From: Eledone cirrhosa
Lineage: Eukaryota
Direction: 5' to 3'
Length of the DNA stretch: 64,000 bases
Assembly (NCBI GenBank): GCA_964016885.1
Contig: OZ024742.1
Location: 165,912,001-165,976,000 of the forward strand
Part shown: piece after piece, positions 40,601-53,991 of the stretch
How positions within the stretch are numbered: position 1 is the first letter of the stretch
How the letters are laid out: every line of letters starts with the position of its first letter
Made by a program: the position numbers and the translations under genes
Notes under the pieces: generated by a model
Seen by the model: only the letters and a program-made list of their open reading frames with translations
What the model was told of the DNA's origin: nothing
Database searches by the model: none

Positions 40601-43400
40601 ATAATTTCCATCCTTCCAAGGGGAGATAATCTCCAGCCGTCCAAGGGGAGATAATTTCCCGCCAGCCAAGGGAAGATAATTTTTAAAAAAATCAGGCGGA
40701 GATTGTAAAAAAAATCAGGGGGAGATAATTTGTAAAAAAAAAATCAGGGGAGATAATTTGTAAAAAAAAATCAGGGGGAGATAATTTGTAAAAAAAAAAT
40801 CAGGGGGAGATAATTTGTAAAAAAAATCAGGGGTAGATAATTTGTAAAAAATAATCAGGGGGAGATAATTTGTAAAAAAAAATCAGGGGGAGATAATTTG
40901 TAAAAAAATCAAGGGGAGATAATATGCAGCCGTCCAAGGGGAGATAATTTTCAGCCGTCCAAGGAGAGGTAATTTCTAGCCGTCCAAGGGGAGATAATTT
41001 CCAGCCGTCCAAGGGGAGATAATTTCCAGCCGTCCAATGGGAGATAGTTTTTTAAAAAAAATCAGGCGGAGATAATTTGTAAAAAAAAAATCAGGGGGAG
41101 ATAATTTGTAAAAAAAAATCAGGGGTAGATAATTTGTAAAAAAAATCAGGGGGAGATAATTTGTAAAAAAAATCAGGGGGAGATAATTAGTAAAAAAAAT
41201 CAAGGGGAGATAATTTCCAGCCGTCCAAGGGGAGGTAATATCTAGCCGTCCAAGGGGAGATAATTTCCAGCCGTCCAAGGGGAGATAATTTCCAGACGTC
41301 CAAGGGTAGATAATATCCAGCCGTCCAAGTAGACATATTTTCCAGCCGTCCAAGGAGAGGTAATTTCTAGCCGTCCAAGGGGAGATAAATTCCAGCCTCC
41401 AAGGGGAGATAATTTCCAGCCAGCCAAGGGGAGATAATTTGTAAAAAAATCAGGGGGAGATAATTTGTAAAAAAAATCAGGGGGAGATAATTTGTAAAAA
41501 AAATTCAGGTGGAGATAATTTGTAAAAAAAAATCAGGGGGAGATAATTTGTAAAAAAAATCAGGGGGAGATAATTTGTAAAAAAAAAATCAGGGGGAGAT
41601 AATTTGTAAAAAAAATCAGGGGGAGATAATTTGTAAAAAAAAATCAGGGGGAGATAATTTGTAAAAAAAATCAAGGGGAGATAATTTCCAGCTGTCCAAG
41701 GGGAGATAATTTTCAGCCGTCCAAGGGGAGATAATTTCCCGCCAGCCAAGGGAAGATAATATTTAAAAAAATCAGGCGGAGATAATTTGTAAAAAAAATC
41801 AGGGGGAGATAATTTGTAAAAAAATCAGGGGGAGATAATTTGTAAAAAAAAAATCAGGGGGAGATAATTTGTAAAAAAAATCAGGGGGAGATAATTTGTA
41901 AAAAAAAATCAGGGGTAGATAATTTGTAAAAAAAAATCAGGGGGAGATAATTTGTAAAAAAAAATCAGGGGGAGATAATTTGTAAAAAAAATCAATTGGA
42001 GATAATTTCCAGCCGTCCAAGGAGAGATAATTTTAAAAAAAAATCAGGCGAAGATAATTTGTAAAAAAAAATCAGGGGGAGATAATTTGTAAAAAAAAAT
42101 CAGGGGGAGATAATTTGTAAAAAAAATCAAGGCGAGATAATTTCCAGCCGTCCAAGGGGAGAATTTTCAGCCGTCCAAGGAGAGGTAATTTCTAGCCGTC
42201 CAAGGGGAGATAATTTCCAGCCGTCCAAGGGGAGATAATTAAAAAAAAAATCAGGCGGAGATAATTTGTAAAAAAATCAAGGGGAGATAATTTACAGCCG
42301 TCCAAGGGGAGATAATTTTCAATCGTCCAAGGAGAGGTAATTTTTAGCCGTCCAAGGGGAGATAATTTCCAGCCGTCCAAGGGGAGATAATTTCCAGCCG
42401 TCCAAGGGGAGATAATTTTTTTAAAAAATCAGGCGGAGATAATTTGTAAAAAAAATCAGGGGGAGATAATTTGTAAAAAAAAATCAGGGGGAGATAATTT
42501 GTAAAAAAAAATCAGGGGGAGATAATTTGTAAAAAAAATCAAGGAGAGATAATTTCCAGCCGTCCAAGGGAAGATAATTTCAAGCCCTCCAAGGGGCTAT
42601 AATTTCCAGTGTCCAAGGGGAGATAATTTCCAGCCAGCGAAGGGGAGATAATTTTTTTTAAAAAATCAGGGAGATTTGTAAAAAAAATCAGGGGGAGATA
42701 ATTTGTAAAAAAAATCAAAGGGAGATAATTTCCAGCCGTCCAAAGAGAGATAATTTCTAGCCGTCCAAGGCGAGATAATTTCGAGCAAGGGGAGATAATT
42801 TCCAGCCGTCCAAGGGGAGATATTTTTTTAAAAAATCAGGTGGAGATAATTTGTAAAAAAAATCAGGGGGAGATAATTTGTAAAAACAAAATCAAGGGCA
42901 GATAATTTCCAGCTGTCCAAGGGGAGATAATTTCCAGCCGTGCAAGGGGAGATAATTTCCAGCCGTCCAAGGGGAGATAATTTCCATCCTTCCAGGGGGA
43001 GATAATTTCCAGCCGTCCAAGGGGAGATAATTTCCCGCCAGCCAAGGGAAGATAATTTTTAAAAAAATCAGGGGGAGATAATTTGTAAAAAAATCAGGGG
43101 GAGATAATTTGTAAAAAAAATCAAGGGGAGATTATTTCCAGCCGTCTAAGGGGAGGTAATATCTAGCCGTCCAAGGGGAGATAATTTCCAGCCATCCAAG
43201 GGGAGATAATTTCCAGCCGTCCAAGGGTAGATAATATCCAGCCGTCCAAGGAGACATATTTGCCAGCCGTCCAAGGAGAGGTAATTTCTAGCCGTCCAAG
43301 GGGAGATAAATTCCAGCCTCCAAGGGGAGATAATTTCCAGCCAGCCAAGGGGAGATAATTTGTAATAAAAATCAGGGGGAGATAATTTGTAAAAAAAATC
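37670..43400 (+). repeat. More diverged paralogue of about 28.6-33.2 kb, containing an extra 1.2 kb
   Basis: ORF offset 9045 (28829/37874, 29203/38248). Shared markers GTCCACGGGG, GGGCTAG, CAATTG and CCGTCTAAG occur in the same order. Confidence 0.75.
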
Positions 43401-46400
43401 AGGGGGAGATAATTTGTAAAAAAAAATCAGGGGGAGATAATTTGTAAAAAAAATCAGGGGGAGATAATTTGTAAAAAAAAATCAAGGGGAGATAATTTCC
43501 AGCCGTCCAAGGGGAGATAATTTTCAGCCGCCCAAGGGGAGATAATTTCCCGCCAGCCAAGGGAAGATAATATTTAAAAAATCAGGCGGAGATAATTTGT
43601 AAAAAAAATCAGGGGGAGATAATTTGTAAAAAAATCAGGGGGAGATAATTTGTAAAAAAAAAATCAGGGGGAGATAATTTGTAAAAAAAATCAGGGGGAG
43701 ATGATTTGTAAAAAAAAATCAGGGGTAGATAATTTGTAAAAAAAAATCAGGGGGAGATAATTTGTAAAAAAAAATCAGGGGGAGATAATTTGTTAAAAAA
43801 ATCAAGGGGAGATAATTTCCAACCGTCGAAGGGAAGATAATTTCCAGCCCTCCAAGGGGCTATAATTTCCAGCGTCCAAGGGGAGATAATTTCCAGCCGT
43901 CCAAGGGGAGATAATTTCCAGCCGTCCAAGGGTAGATAATATCCAGCCGTCCAAGTAGACATTTTCCAGCCGTCCAAGGAGAGGTAATTTCTAGCCGTCC
44001 AAGGGGAGATAAATTCCAGCCTCCAAGGGGAGATAATTTCCAGCCAGCCAAGGGGAGATAATTTGTAAAAAAATCAGGGGGAGATAATTTGTAAAAAAAA
44101 TCAGGGGGAGATAATTTGTAAAAAAAAATCAGGGGGAGATAATTTGTAAAAAAAAATCAGGGGGAGATAATTTGTAAAAAAAATCAGGGGGAGATAATTT
44201 GTAAAAAAAATCAAGGGGAGATAATTTCCAGCCGTCCAAGGGGAGATAATTTTCAGCCGTCCAAGGGGAGATAATTTCCAGCCGTCCAAGGGGAGATAAT
44301 TTCGATCCTTCCAAGGGGAGATAATTTCCAGCCGTCCAAGGGGAGATAATTTTCAGCCGTCCAAGGGGAGATAATTTCCCGCCAGCCAAGGGAAGATAAT
44401 ATTTTAAAAAATCAGGCGGAGATAATTTGTAAAAAAAATCAGGGGGAGATAATTTGTAAAAAAATCAGGGGGAGATAATTTGTAAAAAAAATAATCAGGG
44501 GGAGATAATTTGTAAAAAAAATCAGGGGTAGATAATTTGTAAAAAAAATCAGGGGTAGATAATTTGTAAAAAAAAATCAGGGGGAGATAATTTGTAAAAA
44601 AAAAATCAGGGGGAGATAATTTGTAAAAAAAATCAAGGGGAGATAATTTCCAGCCGTCCAAGGAGAGATAATTTTTAAAAAAAATCAGGCGGAGATAATT
44701 TGTAAAAAAAATCAAGGGGAGATAATTTGTAAAAAAAAATCAGGGGGAGATAATTTGTAAAAAAAATCAAGGGGAGATAATTTCCAGCCGTCCAAGGGAA
44801 GATAATTTCCAGCACTCCAAGGGGCTATAATTTCCAGTGTCCAAGGGGAGATAATTTCCAGCCAGCGAAGGGGAGATAATTTTTTTTAAAAAATCAGGGG
44901 GAGATATGTAAAAAAAATCAGAGGGAGATAATTTCTAAAAAAAATCAAAGGGAGATAATTTCCAGCCGTCCAAAGAGAGATAATTTCTAGCCGTCCAAGG
45001 GGAGATAATTTCCAGCCACGGGGAGATAATTTCCAGCCGTCCAAGGGGAGATAATTATTTAAAAAATCAGGTGGAGATAATTTGTAAAAAAAATCAGGGG
45101 GAGATAATTTGTAAAAACAAAATCAAGGGCAGATAATTTCCAGCTGTCCAAGGGGAGATAATTTCCAGCCGTGCAAGGGGAGATAATTTCCAGCCGTCCA
45201 AGGGGAGATAATTTCCATCCTTCCAAGGGGAGATAATGTCCAGCCGTCCAAGGGGAGATAATTTCCCGCCAGCCAAGGGAAGATAATTTTTAAAAAAATC
45301 AGGCGGAGATTGTAAAAAAAATCAGGGGGAGATAATTTGTAAAAAAATCAGGGGGAGATAATTTGTAAAAAAAAATCAGGGGCAGATAATTTGTAAAAAA
45401 AAAATCAGGGGGAGATAATTTGTAAAAAAAATCAGGGGTAGATAATTTGTAAAAAAAAATCAGGGGGAGATAATTTGTAAAAAAAAATCAGGGGTGATAA
45501 TATGTAAAAAAATCAAGGGGAGATAAAATGCAGCCGTCCAAGGGGAGATAATTTTCAGCCGTCCAAGGAGAGGTAATTTCTAGCCGTCCAAGGGGAGATA
45601 ATTTCCAGCCGTCCAAGGGGAGATAATTTCCAGCCGTCCAAGGGGAGATAATTTCCAGCCGTCCAAGGGGAGATAGTTTTTTTAAAAAAATCAGGCGGAG
45701 ATAATTTGTAAAAAAAAAATCAGGGGGAGATAATTTGTAAAAAAAAATCAGGGGGAGATAATTTGTAAAAAAAAATCAGGGGGAGATAATTTGTAAAAAA
45801 AATCAGGGGGAGATAATTAGTAAAAAAAATCAAGGGGAGATAATTTCCAGCCGTCCAAGGGGAGGTAATATCTAGCCGTCCACGGGGAGATAATTTCCAG
45901 CCGTCCAAGGGGAGATAATTTCCAGCCGTCCAAGGGTAGATAATATCCAGCCGTCCAAGTAGACATATTTTCCAGCCGTCCAAGGAGAGGTAATTTCTAG
46001 CCGTCCAAGGGGAGATAAATTCCAGCCTCCAAGGGGAGATAATTTCCAGCCATCCAAGGGGAGATAATTTGTAAAAAAATCAGGGGGAGATAATTTGTAA
46101 AAAAAATCAGGGGGAGATAATTTGTAAAAAAAAATCAGGGGGAGATAATTTGTAAAAAAAAATCAGGGGGAGATAATTTGTAAAAAAAATCAGGGGGAGA
46201 TAATTTGTAAAAAAAAATCAGGGGGAGATAATTTGTAAAAAAAAATCAGGGGGAGATAATTTGTAAAAAAAAATCAGGGGGAGATAATTTGTAAAAAAAA
46301 TCAAGGGGAGATAATTTCCAGCCGTCCAAGGGGAGATAATTTCCAGCCGTCCAAGGGGAGGTAATATCTAGCCGTCCAAGGGGAGATAATTTCCAGCCGT

Positions 46401-49400
46401 CCAAGAGGAGATAATTTCCAGCCGTCCAAGGGTAGATAATATCCAGCCGTCCAAGGAGACATATTTTCCAGCCGTCCAAGGAGAGGTAATTTCTAGCCGT
46501 CCAAGGGGAGATAAATTCCAGCCTCCAAGGGGAGATAATTTCCAGCCAGCCAAGGGGAGATAATTTGTAAAAAAAATCAGGGGGAGATAATTTGTAAAAA
46601 AAATCAGGGGGAGATAATTTGTAAAAAAAAATCAGGGGGAGATAATTTGTAAAAAAAATCAGGGGGAGATAATTTGTAAAAAAAAATCAAGGGGAGATAA
46701 TTTCCAGCCGTCCAAGGGGAGATAATTTTCAGCCGCCCAAGGGGAGATAATTTCCCGCCAGCCAAGGGAAGATAATATTTAAAAAATCAGGCGGAGATAA
46801 TTTGTAAAAAAAATCAGGGGTAGATAATTTGTAAAAAAAAATCAGGCGGAGATAATTTGTAAAAAAAAATCAGGGGGAGATAATTTGTAAAAAAAATCAA
46901 GAGGAGATAATTTCCAGCCGTCGAAGGGAAGATAATTTCCAGCCCTCCAAGGGGCTATAATTTCCAGCGTCCAAGGGGAGATAATTTCCAGCCAGCGAAG
47001 GGGAGATAATTTTTTTAAAAAAATCATTGGGAGATTTGTAAAAAAAATCAGGGGGAGATAATTTGTAAAAAAAATCAAGGGGAGATAATTTCCAGCCGTC
47101 CAAGGGGAGGTAATATCTAGCCAGCCAAGGGGAGATAATTTCCAGCCGTCCAAGGGGAGATAATTTCCAGCCGTCCAAGGGTAGATAACATCCAGCCGTC
47201 CAAGTAGACATTTTCCAGCCGTCCAAGGAGAGGTAATTTCTAGCCGTCCAAGGGGAGATAATTTCCAGCCGTCCAAGGGGAAATAATTTCCAGCCAGCCA
47301 AGGGGAGATAATTTGTAAAAAAATCAGGGGGAGATAATTTGTAAAAAAAATCAGGGGGAGATAATTTGTAAAAAAAAATCAGGGGGAGATAATTTGTAAA
47401 AAAAATCAGGGGGAGATAATTTGTAAAAAAAAATCAGGGGGAGATAATTTGTAAAAAAAATCAAGGGGAGATAATTTCCAGCCGTCCAAGGGGAGATAAT
47501 TTTCAGCCGTCCAAGGGGAGATAATTTCCAGCCGTCCAAGGGGAGATAATTTCCATCCTTCCAAGGGGAGATAATTTGTAAAAAAAAATCAGGGGGAGAT
47601 AATTTGTAAAAAAAATCAAAGGGAGATAATTTCCAGCCGTCCAAGGGGAGATAATTTTCAGCCGTCCAAGGGGAGATAATTTCCCGCCAGCCAAGGGAAG
47701 ATAATATTTAAAAAAATCAGGCGGAGATAATTTGTAAAAAAAATCAGGGGGAGATAATTTGTAAAAAAATCAGGGGGAGATAATTTGTAAAAAAAAAATC
47801 AGGGGGAGATAATTTGTAAAAAAATTAGGGCTAGATAATTTGTAAAAAAAAATCAGGGGTAGATAATTTGTAAAAGAAAATCAGGGGGAGATAATTTGTA
47901 AAAAAAAATCAAGGGGAGATAATTTGTAAAAAAAATCAAGGGGAGATAATTTCCAGCCGTCCAAGGAGAGATAATTTTAAAAAAAAATCAGGCGGAGATA
48001 ATTTGTAAAAAAAAATCAAGGGGAGATAATTTGTAAAAAAAAATCAGGGGGAGATAATTTGTAAAAAAAATCAAGGGGAGATAATTTCCAGCCGTCCAAG
48101 GGAAGATAATTTCCAGCACTCCAAGGGGCTATAATTTCCAGTGTCCAAGGGGAGATAATTTCCAGCCAGCGAAGGGGAGAAAATCAGGGGGAGATAATTT
48201 GTAAAAAAAATTCAGGGGGAGATAATTTGTAAAAAAAAATCAGGGGGAGATAATTTGTAAAAAAAATCAGAGGGAGATAATTTGTAAAAAAAAATCAGGG
48301 GGAGATAATTTGTAAAAAAAATCAGGGGGAGATAATTTGTAAAAAAAAATCAGGGGGAGATAATTTGTAAAAAAATCAAGGGGAGATAATTTCCAGCTGT
48401 CCAAGGGGAGATAATTTTCAGCCGTCCAAGGGGAGATAATTTCCCGCCAGCCAAGGGAAGATAATATTTAAAAAAATCAGGCGGAGATAATTTGTAAAAA
48501 AAATCAGGGGGAGATAATTTGTAAAAAAATCAGGGGGAGATAATTTGTAAAAAAAAAATCAGGGGGAGATAATTTGTAAAAAAAATCAGGGGGAGATAAT
48601 TTGTAAAAAAAAATCAGGGGTAGATAATTTGTAAAAAAAAATCAGGGGGAGATAATTTGTAAAAAAAAATCAGGGGGAGATAATTTGTAAAAAAAATCAA
48701 TTGGAGATAATTTCCAGCCGTCCAAGGAGAGATAATTTAAAAAAAAAATCAGGCGAAGATAATTTGTAAAAAAAAAATCAGGGGGAGATAATTTGTAAAA
48801 AAAATCAGGGGGAGATAATTTGTAAAAAAAAATCAGGGGTAGATAATTTGTAAAAAAAAATCAGGGGGAGATAATTTGTAAAAAAAAATCAGGGGGAGAT
48901 AATTTGTAAAAAAAATCAAGGGGAGATAATTTCCAGCCGTCCAAGGGGAGAATTTTCAGCCGTCCAAGGAGAGGTAATTTCTAGCCGTCCAAGGGGAGAT
49001 AATTTCCAGCCGTCCAAGGGGAGATAATTAAAAAAAAAATCAGGCGGAGATAATTTGTAAAAAAAATCAAGGGGAGATAATTTGCAGCCGTCCAAGGGGA
49101 GATAATTTCCAGCCGTCCAAGGGGAGATAATTTTTTTAAAAAATCAGGCGGAGATAATTTGTAAATAAAATCAGGGGGAGATAATTTGTAAAAAAAAATC
49201 AGGGGGAGATAATTTGTAAAAAAAAATCAGGGGGAGATAATTTGTAAAAAAAATCAAGGAGAGATAATTTCCAGCCGTCCAAGGGAAGATAATTTCAAGC
49301 CCTCCAAGGGGCTATAATTTCCAGTGTCCAAGGGGAGATAATTTCCAGCCAGCGAAGGGGAGATAATTTTTTTTTAAAAATCAGGGAGATTTGTAAAAAA

Positions 49401-52400
49401 ATCAGGGGGAGATAATTTGTAAAAAAAATCAAAGGGAGATAATTTCCAGCCGTCCAAAGAGAGATAATTTCTAGCCGTCCAAGGCGAGATAATTTCGAGC
49501 AAGGGGAGATAATTTCCAGCCGTCCAAGGGGAGATATTTTTTTAAAAAATCAGGTGGAGATAATTTGTAAAAAAAATCAGGGGGAGATAATTTGTAAAAA
49601 CTAAATCAAGGGCAGATAATTTCCAGCTGTCCAAGGGGAGATAATTTCCAGCCGTGCAAGGGGAGATAATTTCCAGCCGTCCAAGGGGAGATAATTTCCA
49701 TCCTTCCAGGGGGAGATAATTTCCAGCCGTCCAAGGGGAGATAATTTCCCGCCAGCCAAGGGAAGATAATTTTTTAAAAAATCAGGCGGAGATTGTAAAA
49801 AAAATCAGGGGGAGATAATTTGTAAAAAAATCAGGGGGAGATAATTTGTAAAAAAAATCAAGGGGAGATTATTTCCAGCCGTCTAAGGGGAGGTAATATC
49901 TAGCCGTCCAAGGGGAGATAATTTCCAGCCATCCAAGGGGAGATAATTTCCAGCCGTCCAAGGGTAGATAATATCCAGCCGTCCAAGGAGACATATTTTC
50001 CAGCCGTCCAAGGAGAGGTAATTTCTAGCCGTCCAAGGGGAGATAAATTCCAGCCTCCAAGGGGAGATAATTTCCAGCCAGCCAAGGGGAGATAATTTGT
50101 AAAAAAATCAGGGGGAGATAATTTGTAAAAAAAATCAGGGGGAGATAATTTGTAAAAAAAAATCAGGGGGAGATAATTTGTAAAAAAAATCAGGGGGAGA
50201 TAATTTGTAAAAAAAATCAAGGGGAGATAATTTCCAGCCGTCCAAGGGGAGATAATTTTCAGCCGTCCAAGTGGAGATAATTACCCGCCAGCCAAGGGAA
50301 GATAATATTTAAAAAATCAGGCGGAGATAATTTGTAAAAAAAATCAGGGGGAGATAATTTGTAAAAAAATCAGGGGGAGATAATTTGTAAAAAAAAATCA
50401 GGGGGAGATAATTTGTAAAAAAAATCAGGGGGAGATAATTTGTAAAAAAAAATCAGGGGTAGATAATTTGTAAAAAAAAATCAGGGGGAGATAATTTGTA
50501 AAAAAAATCAGGGGGAGATAATTTGTAAAAAAAATCAAGGGGAGATAATTTCCAGCCGTCCAAGGAGAGATAATTTTAAAAAAGAATCAGGCGGAGATAA
50601 TTTGTAAAAAAAATCAGGGGGAGATAATTTGTAAAAAAAAATCAGGGGGAGATAATTTGTAAAAAAAATCAAGGGGAGATAATTTCCAGCCGTCCAAGGG
50701 GAGATAATTTTCAGCCGTCCAAGGGGAGATAATTTCCAGCCGTCCAAGGGGAGATAATTTAAAAAAAAAAATCAGGCGGAGATAATTTGTAAAAAAAATC
50801 AAGGGGAGATAATTTGCAACCGTCCAAGGGGACATAATTTTCAGTCGTCCAAGGAGAGGTAATTTCTAGCCGTCCAAGGGGAGATAATTTCCAGCCGTCC
50901 AAGGGGAGATAATTTCCAGCCGTCCAAGGGGAGATAATTTTTTTTTAAAAATCAGGCGGAGATAATTTGTAAAAAAAAAATCAGGGGGAGATAATTTGTA
51001 AAAAAAAATCAGGGGGAGATAATTTGTAAAAAAAAATCAGGGGGAGATAATTTGTAAAAAAAATCAAGGGGAGATAATTTCCAGCCGTCCAAGGGAAGAT
51101 AATTTCCAGCCCTCCAAGGGGCTATAATTTCCAGCGTCCAAGGGGAGATAATTTCCAGCCAGCGAAGGGGAGATAATTGTTTTAAAAAAATCATTGGGAG
51201 ATTTGTAAAAAAAATCAGGGGGAGATAATTCCAGCCGTCCAAGGGGAGGTAATATCTAGCCGTCCAAGGGGAGATAATTTCCAGCCGTCCAAGGGGAGAT
51301 AATTTCCAGCCGTCCAAGGGTAGATAATATCCAGCCGTCCAAGGAGACATATTTTCCAGCCGTCCAAGGAGAGGTAATTTCTAGCCGTCCAAGGGGAGAT
51401 AAATTCCAGCCTCCAAGGGGAGATAATTTCCAGCCAGCCAAGGGGAGATAATTTGTAAAAAAATCAGGGGGAGATAATTTGTAAAAAAAGTCAGGGGTAG
51501 ATAATTTGTAAAAAAAAATCAGGGGGAGATAATTTGTAAAAAAAAATCAGGTGGAGATAATTTGTAAAAAAAATCAAGGGGAGATAATTTCCAGCCGTCC
51601 AAGGAGAGATAATTTAAAAAAAAAAATCAGGCGGAGATAATTTGTAAAAAAAAATCAGGGGGAGATAATTTGTAAAAAAAAATCAGGGGGAGATAATTTG
51701 TAAAAAAAATCAAGGGGAGATAATTTCCAGCCGTCCAAGGGGAGATAATTTCCAGCCGTCCAAGGGGAGATAAATTTTTTAAAAAAATCAGGCGGAGATA
51801 ATTTGTAAAAAAAATCAGGGGGAGATAATTTGTAAAAAAAAATCAGGGGGAGATAATTTGTAAAAAAAAATCAGGGGGAGATAATTTCCAGCCGTCCAAG
51901 GTAAGATAATTTCCAGCCCTCCAAGGGGCTATAATTTCCAGCATCCAAGGGGAGATAATTTCCAGCCGTCCAAGGGTAGATAATATCCAGCCGTCCAAGT
52001 AGACATATTTTCCAGCCGTCCAAGGAGAGGTAATTTCTAGCCGTCCAAGGGGAGATAAATTCCAGCCTCCAAGGGGAGATAATTTCCAGCCAGCCAAGGG
52101 GAGATAATTTGTAAAAAAATAAGGGGGAGATAATTTGTAAAAAAAATCAGGGGGAGATAATTTGTAAAAAAAATCAGGGGGAGATAATTTGTAAAAAAAA
52201 ATCAGGGGGAGATAATTTCCAGCCGTCCAAGGGGAGATAATTTTCAGCCGTCCAAGGGTAGATAATATCCAGCCGTCCAAGTAGACATTTTCCAGCCGTC
52301 CAAGGAGAGGTAATTTCTAGCCGTCCAAGGGGAGATAAATTCCAGCCTCCAAGGGGAGATAATTTCCAGCCAGCCAAGGGGAGATAATTTGTAAAAAAAT

Positions 52401-53991
52401 CAGGGGGAGATAATTTGTAAAAAAAATCAGGGGGAGATAATTTGTAAAAAAAAATCAGGGGGAGATAATTTGTGAAAAAAAATCAGGGGGAGATAATTTG
52501 TAAAAAAAAATCAGGGGGAGATAATTTGTGAAAAAAATCAAGGGGAGATAATTTCCAGCCGTCCAAGGGGAGATAATTTTCAGCCTTCCAAGGGGAGATA
52601 ATTTCCAGCCGTCCAAGGGGAGATAATTTCCATCCTTCCAAGGGGAGATAATTTCCAGCCTTCCAAGGGGAGATAATTTTCAGCCGTCCAAGGGGAGATA
52701 ATTTCCCGCCAGCCAAGGGAAGATAATATTTTAAAAAATCAGGCGGAGATAATTTGTAAAAAAAATCAGGGGGAGATAATTTGTAAAAAAATCAGGGGGA
52801 GATAATTTGTAAAAAAAAAATCAGGGGGAGATAATTTGTAAAAAAAATCAGGGGGAGATAATTTGTAAAAAAAAATCAGGGGTAGATAATTTGTAAAAAA
52901 AAATCAGGGGGAGATAATTTGTAAAAAAAAAATCAGGGGGAGATAATTTGTAAAAAAAATCAAGGGGAGATAATTTCCAGCCGTCCAAGGAGAGATAATT
53001 TTTAAAAAAAATCAGGCGGAGATAATTTGTAAAAAAAAATCAAGGGGAGATAATTTGTAAAAAAAAATCAGGGGGAGATAATTTGTAAAAAAAATCAAGG
53101 GGAGATAATTTCCAGCCGTCCAAGGGAAGATAATTTCCAGCACTCCAAGGGGCTATAATTTCCAGTGTCCAAGGGGAGATAATTTCCAGCCAGCGAAGGG
53201 GAGATAATTTTTTTAAAAAAATCAGGGGGAGATATGTAAAAAAAATCAGAGGGAGATAATTTCTAAAAAAAATCAAAGGGAGATAATTTCCAGCCGTCCA
53301 AAGAGAGATAATTTCTAGCCGTCCAAGGGGAGATAATTTCCAGCCAAGGGGAGATAATTTCCAGCCGTCCAAGGGGAGATAATTATTTAAAAAATCAGGT
53401 GGAGATAATTTGTAAAAAAAATCAGGGGGAGATAATTTGTAAAAACAAAATCAAGGGCAGATAATTTCCAGCTGTCCAAGGGGAGATAATTTCCAGCCGT
53501 GCAAGGGGAGATAATTTCCAGCCGTCCAAGGGGAGATAATTTCCATCCTTCCAAGGGGAGATAATCTCCAGCCGTCCAAGGGGAGATAATTTCCCGCCAG
53601 CCAAGGGAAGATAATTTTTAAAAAAATCAGGCGGAGATTGTAAAAAAAATCAGGGGGAGATAATTTGTAAAAAAATCAGGGGGAGATAATTTGTAAAAAA
53701 AAAATCAGGGGAGATAATTTGTAAAAAAAATCAGGGGGAGATAATTTGTAAAAAAAAAATCAGGGGGAGATAATTTGTAAAAAAAATCAGGGGTAGATAA
53801 TTTGTAAAAAAAAATCAGGGGGAGATAATTTGTAAAAAAAAATCAGTGGGAGATAATTTGTAAAAAAATCAGGGGGAGATAATATGCAGCCGTCCAAGGG
53901 GAGATAATTTTCAGCCGTCCAAGGAGAGTTAATTTCTAGCCGTCCAAGGGGAGATAATTTCCAGCCGTCCAAGGGGAGATAATTTCCAGCC
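43399..53991 (+). repeat. About 10.6-kb block, copy 2
   Basis: Matches 26380-36967 with scattered SNPs and whole-monomer indels. Confidence 0.9.
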
